DNA of 64,000 nucleotides from Octopus vulgaris (lineage: Eukaryota). The notes beneath the pieces are model-generated. The model was given only the letters and a program-made list of their open reading frames with translations, searched no databases and was not told the DNA's origin. The position numbers were made by a program, and so were the translations under genes. Within the stretch, counting starts at the first letter, position 1; each line of letters begins with the position of its first letter. Below are positions 61,601-64,000 of this stretch, piece by piece. The DNA is taken from positions 51,274,001 to 51,338,000 of the forward strand of contig OX597818.1 of assembly GCA_951406725.2 (NCBI GenBank), read 5' to 3'.

Positions 61601-63667
61601 TTTTAAATTGGATGTAGAAATGTATTTTGGAAGTTTAATTTAAATCTTAAATTTCATGCATTTTTTCTTTTCCATCAGTTTTGAAATGTATTTTAAAAGC
61701 TAGTAATTTCTAAGTTTTGAAATTTTCATATGAATTTATATTTTCTGATCTTAACTTGAATTTCGAAAATTTTAATTTCAGCTTTGGTCATTGTTCCAAC
61801 CAGGGAACTTGCACTACAAACTAGTCAAATTTGTCGTGAACTCAGTAAGCATATTGGCTGCCAAGTCATGGTTACAACGGGTGGTACAAATCTCAAGGAT
61901 GATATTATGAGACTTTATGATCAGGGTAAGGAACTTTTCACTGCCAGACTTTTAATGTTCTAAATTAAAAACCTTGCATCAATTTCATGTGGATTTATTC
62001 TCAAAATTAGCTTAAGACCACATTTTAGTAAATTCATTTGCATTTAGTTAGTGCATTCCAGTAGAAAAGTGAAAATCTTGCATGTATTTTTAAATGATTG
62101 TACTTACAAGCTGTCTTTTATATTTTCAGTCCATGTCATAGTGGCCACTCCTGGGAGAATTCTCGATTTACTGAATAAAAATGTAGTCAAAAGCAGTAAA
62201 TGTAGTATGCTTGTACTGGATGAAGTAAGTTTTTTTTTTCATTTTTCTCTCCCCCCGTATATTTATACATTTATCAATATATTATAGTTATACAAATTTT
62301 TCATTTTTTCTTACAGGGAGACAAACTATTATCTCAAGATTTCAAAGACATGTTAGACTCTATAATAAACCATTTGCCAGGAGACAGACAAGTCTTGCTT
62401 TATTCAGCAACTTTCCCAGTTTCTGTGCAGCATTTTATGGTATGTATGTTTAAATTGACTATATAATTAGTGCAAAGATATTTTTAATGTGTTGCAGTAG
62501 CAACTGAACATGAACTAAACCCTATTTGTGAGCCCATGTAAGGTGGCCAAAAGTTTGCATTTGTAAATGTCTAAATATGGAAATTATATGAAGTTGGATT
62601 TTTTTTCTTTTAATAATTGATACCATACATCAGTTTGGAATGAGATAATACACTGAAGAAAGGTTTAATCCCACTCAGATTTTATGAAACTCGCATGTGG
62701 TTAGCATAACTGAATTATCAGTTTCAATGAGAATTAAGGGATCTTTTCGGTTTGAACGTCAGTTTTTTAAAAATAATTTCCACGTAACTAAACACTTTTA
62801 AACTTCGTATACTGGTAGAATCATCATCGTTTAGCGTCCGTTTTCCATGCTAGCATGGGTTGGTCGGTTCTACTGGGGTCTGTGAAGCCAGAAGGCTTCA
62901 TCAGGCCCAGTCAAATCTGGCAGTGTTTCTACGGCTGGATGCCCTTCCTAACGCCAACCACTCCGAGAGTGTAGTGGGTGCTTTTTACGTGCCACCCGCA
63001 CAGGTGCCAGACAGAGCTGGCAAACGGCCACGAACGGATGGTGCTTTTTATGTGCCACCGGCACGAGGGCCAGGCGAGGCTGTGTTTATAAAACATCTTT
63101 TTCTCTTAGCTTTGAGAAAATTCTATAGTTTGTAAGATATTTGTTGTTTTTTTTCTTCAATTTCTGCAATTTCAACCAATCAATGACGTCCATTTGGGGT
63201 GAAACCATTCTGTGCCGTATGAATATGTCCTTCGTTTAAGAAACAGATTGAGTTTATTTACATTTCTGAAGAAAAAAGATACCCTTCCCCCCACCCCTAA
63301 CCCTAAAGCAGATTGAAATGCAATAGATCGATACTAGGGTCATAATTATGGGTGACAATTTCATGACACCGCTAGAAAAAAACTGCCGTTCAAACCGAAA
63401 AGATCCAAATTAAGTTCTGGGCAATATGTTGAATTGTTTTACAGTCAAATTGGTTGCTGAAGAATTAAAGCCATTTGAGAAATGGATACAAATATTTTGA
63501 GTCTATGCAATAAATATTTACTTCTAATTTTTTAACAGCGAAAACATTTGAATAATCCATACGAAATAAATCTAATGGAGGAACTTACCTTAAAAGGTGT
63601 GACTCAGTATTATGCCTATGTAAGAGAAAAACAGAAGGTTCATTGTTTAAATACACTATTCTCAAAG
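58660..63667 (+). CDS. DDX6: DEAD-box RNA helicase DDX6/Me31B/Dhh1, 5' part; exons 58660-58763, 58966-59026, 61287-61521, 61782-61925, 62130-62224, 62317-62439, 63539-63667; continues beyond the window
   Basis: Phase-consistent GT-AG introns; [70 protein letters not shown]|[15 protein letters not shown] and [20 protein letters not shown]. Confidence 0.95.
59735..60500 (-). mobile_element. Internally deleted mariner relic in a DDX6 intron
   Basis: FKWLKHFQK / [14 protein letters not shown]-terminal motifs and a C-terminal W...C...G.YFE* like end; boundaries approximate. Confidence 0.6.
60786..60983. mobile_element. hAT (Buster-type) MITE inserted in a piggyBac MITE
   Basis: Reverse copy of 48594-48776; 8-bp TSD CTTTAGTA (60778-60785, 60984-60991). 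Confidence 0.85.
62739..63406 (-). mobile_element. Merlin-like MITE, copy 4, interrupted by an RTE tail (62821-63080)
   Basis: Both TIRs present; TSD (G/A)AATTAAG; the MITE sequence resumes exactly after the RTE insert. Confidence 0.85.
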
Positions 63668-64000
63668 GTAAGTACAACTGCTTTATGGATTCAAAACTTA
63701 GAAAAAATTTCTGTATTGTATCAGTCTATAAGCATAAAATTTATTTTGGATTATTTGCTTTATCCCTTGATAAAACAGAAAAAAAAAAACTGGTCTTGAA
63801 TTTCTGCTTTTCCCTAAGCTAGCTTTTCTTCATTTTGAATTAACCTGAAATAAGCATTAATTACATTTAACGGTAATCTGAAAGCTAAAGGGTGTAATTG
63901 TTATGTGCAGCTTCCAAAAGCAATGAACAGATGAGCCTATTCCTTTCATAGGGTTGCAGAATACTGACTGGATGACTTTGTAGTAAATGTTTCAAATTCA

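Overview
Repeat-rich, AT-rich animal genomic DNA, most likely an octopus (coleoid cephalopod). That assignment is inferred from the SINE/RTE families and microsatellite load; no database check was done. Three spliced protein-coding genes could be reconstructed by hand. (1) The last five exons of an ALMS-motif (ALMS1-like) gene (+, 1035-10182). (2) A complete two-exon DPH6 diphthine-ammonia ligase with C-terminal RidA/YjgF-like domains (-, 13124-19507, 672 aa). (3) The 5' part of DDX6/Me31B (+, ATG 58660, continues past the window), whose motif II reads DEGD. Between DPH6 and DDX6 are 11 tRNA-Asp(GTC) copies: one on the minus strand, an 8-copy 158-bp tandem array, and a 2-copy fragment inserted into a SINE. 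The tRNA units are physically linked to non-autonomous Helitron ends and to a 2.87-kb foldback element with a 9-bp TSD. The best candidate for an undescribed system is DNA-level mobilisation and amplification of a tRNA gene cassette, possibly Helitron-assisted. Other content includes Merlin-like, hAT/Buster and piggyBac MITEs, DD37D and mariner relics, RTE and CR1 LINE ends, four tRNA-derived SINE families, and Penelope-type minimal hammerhead ribozyme motifs. Most ORFs in the supplied track are repeat or microsatellite artefacts.
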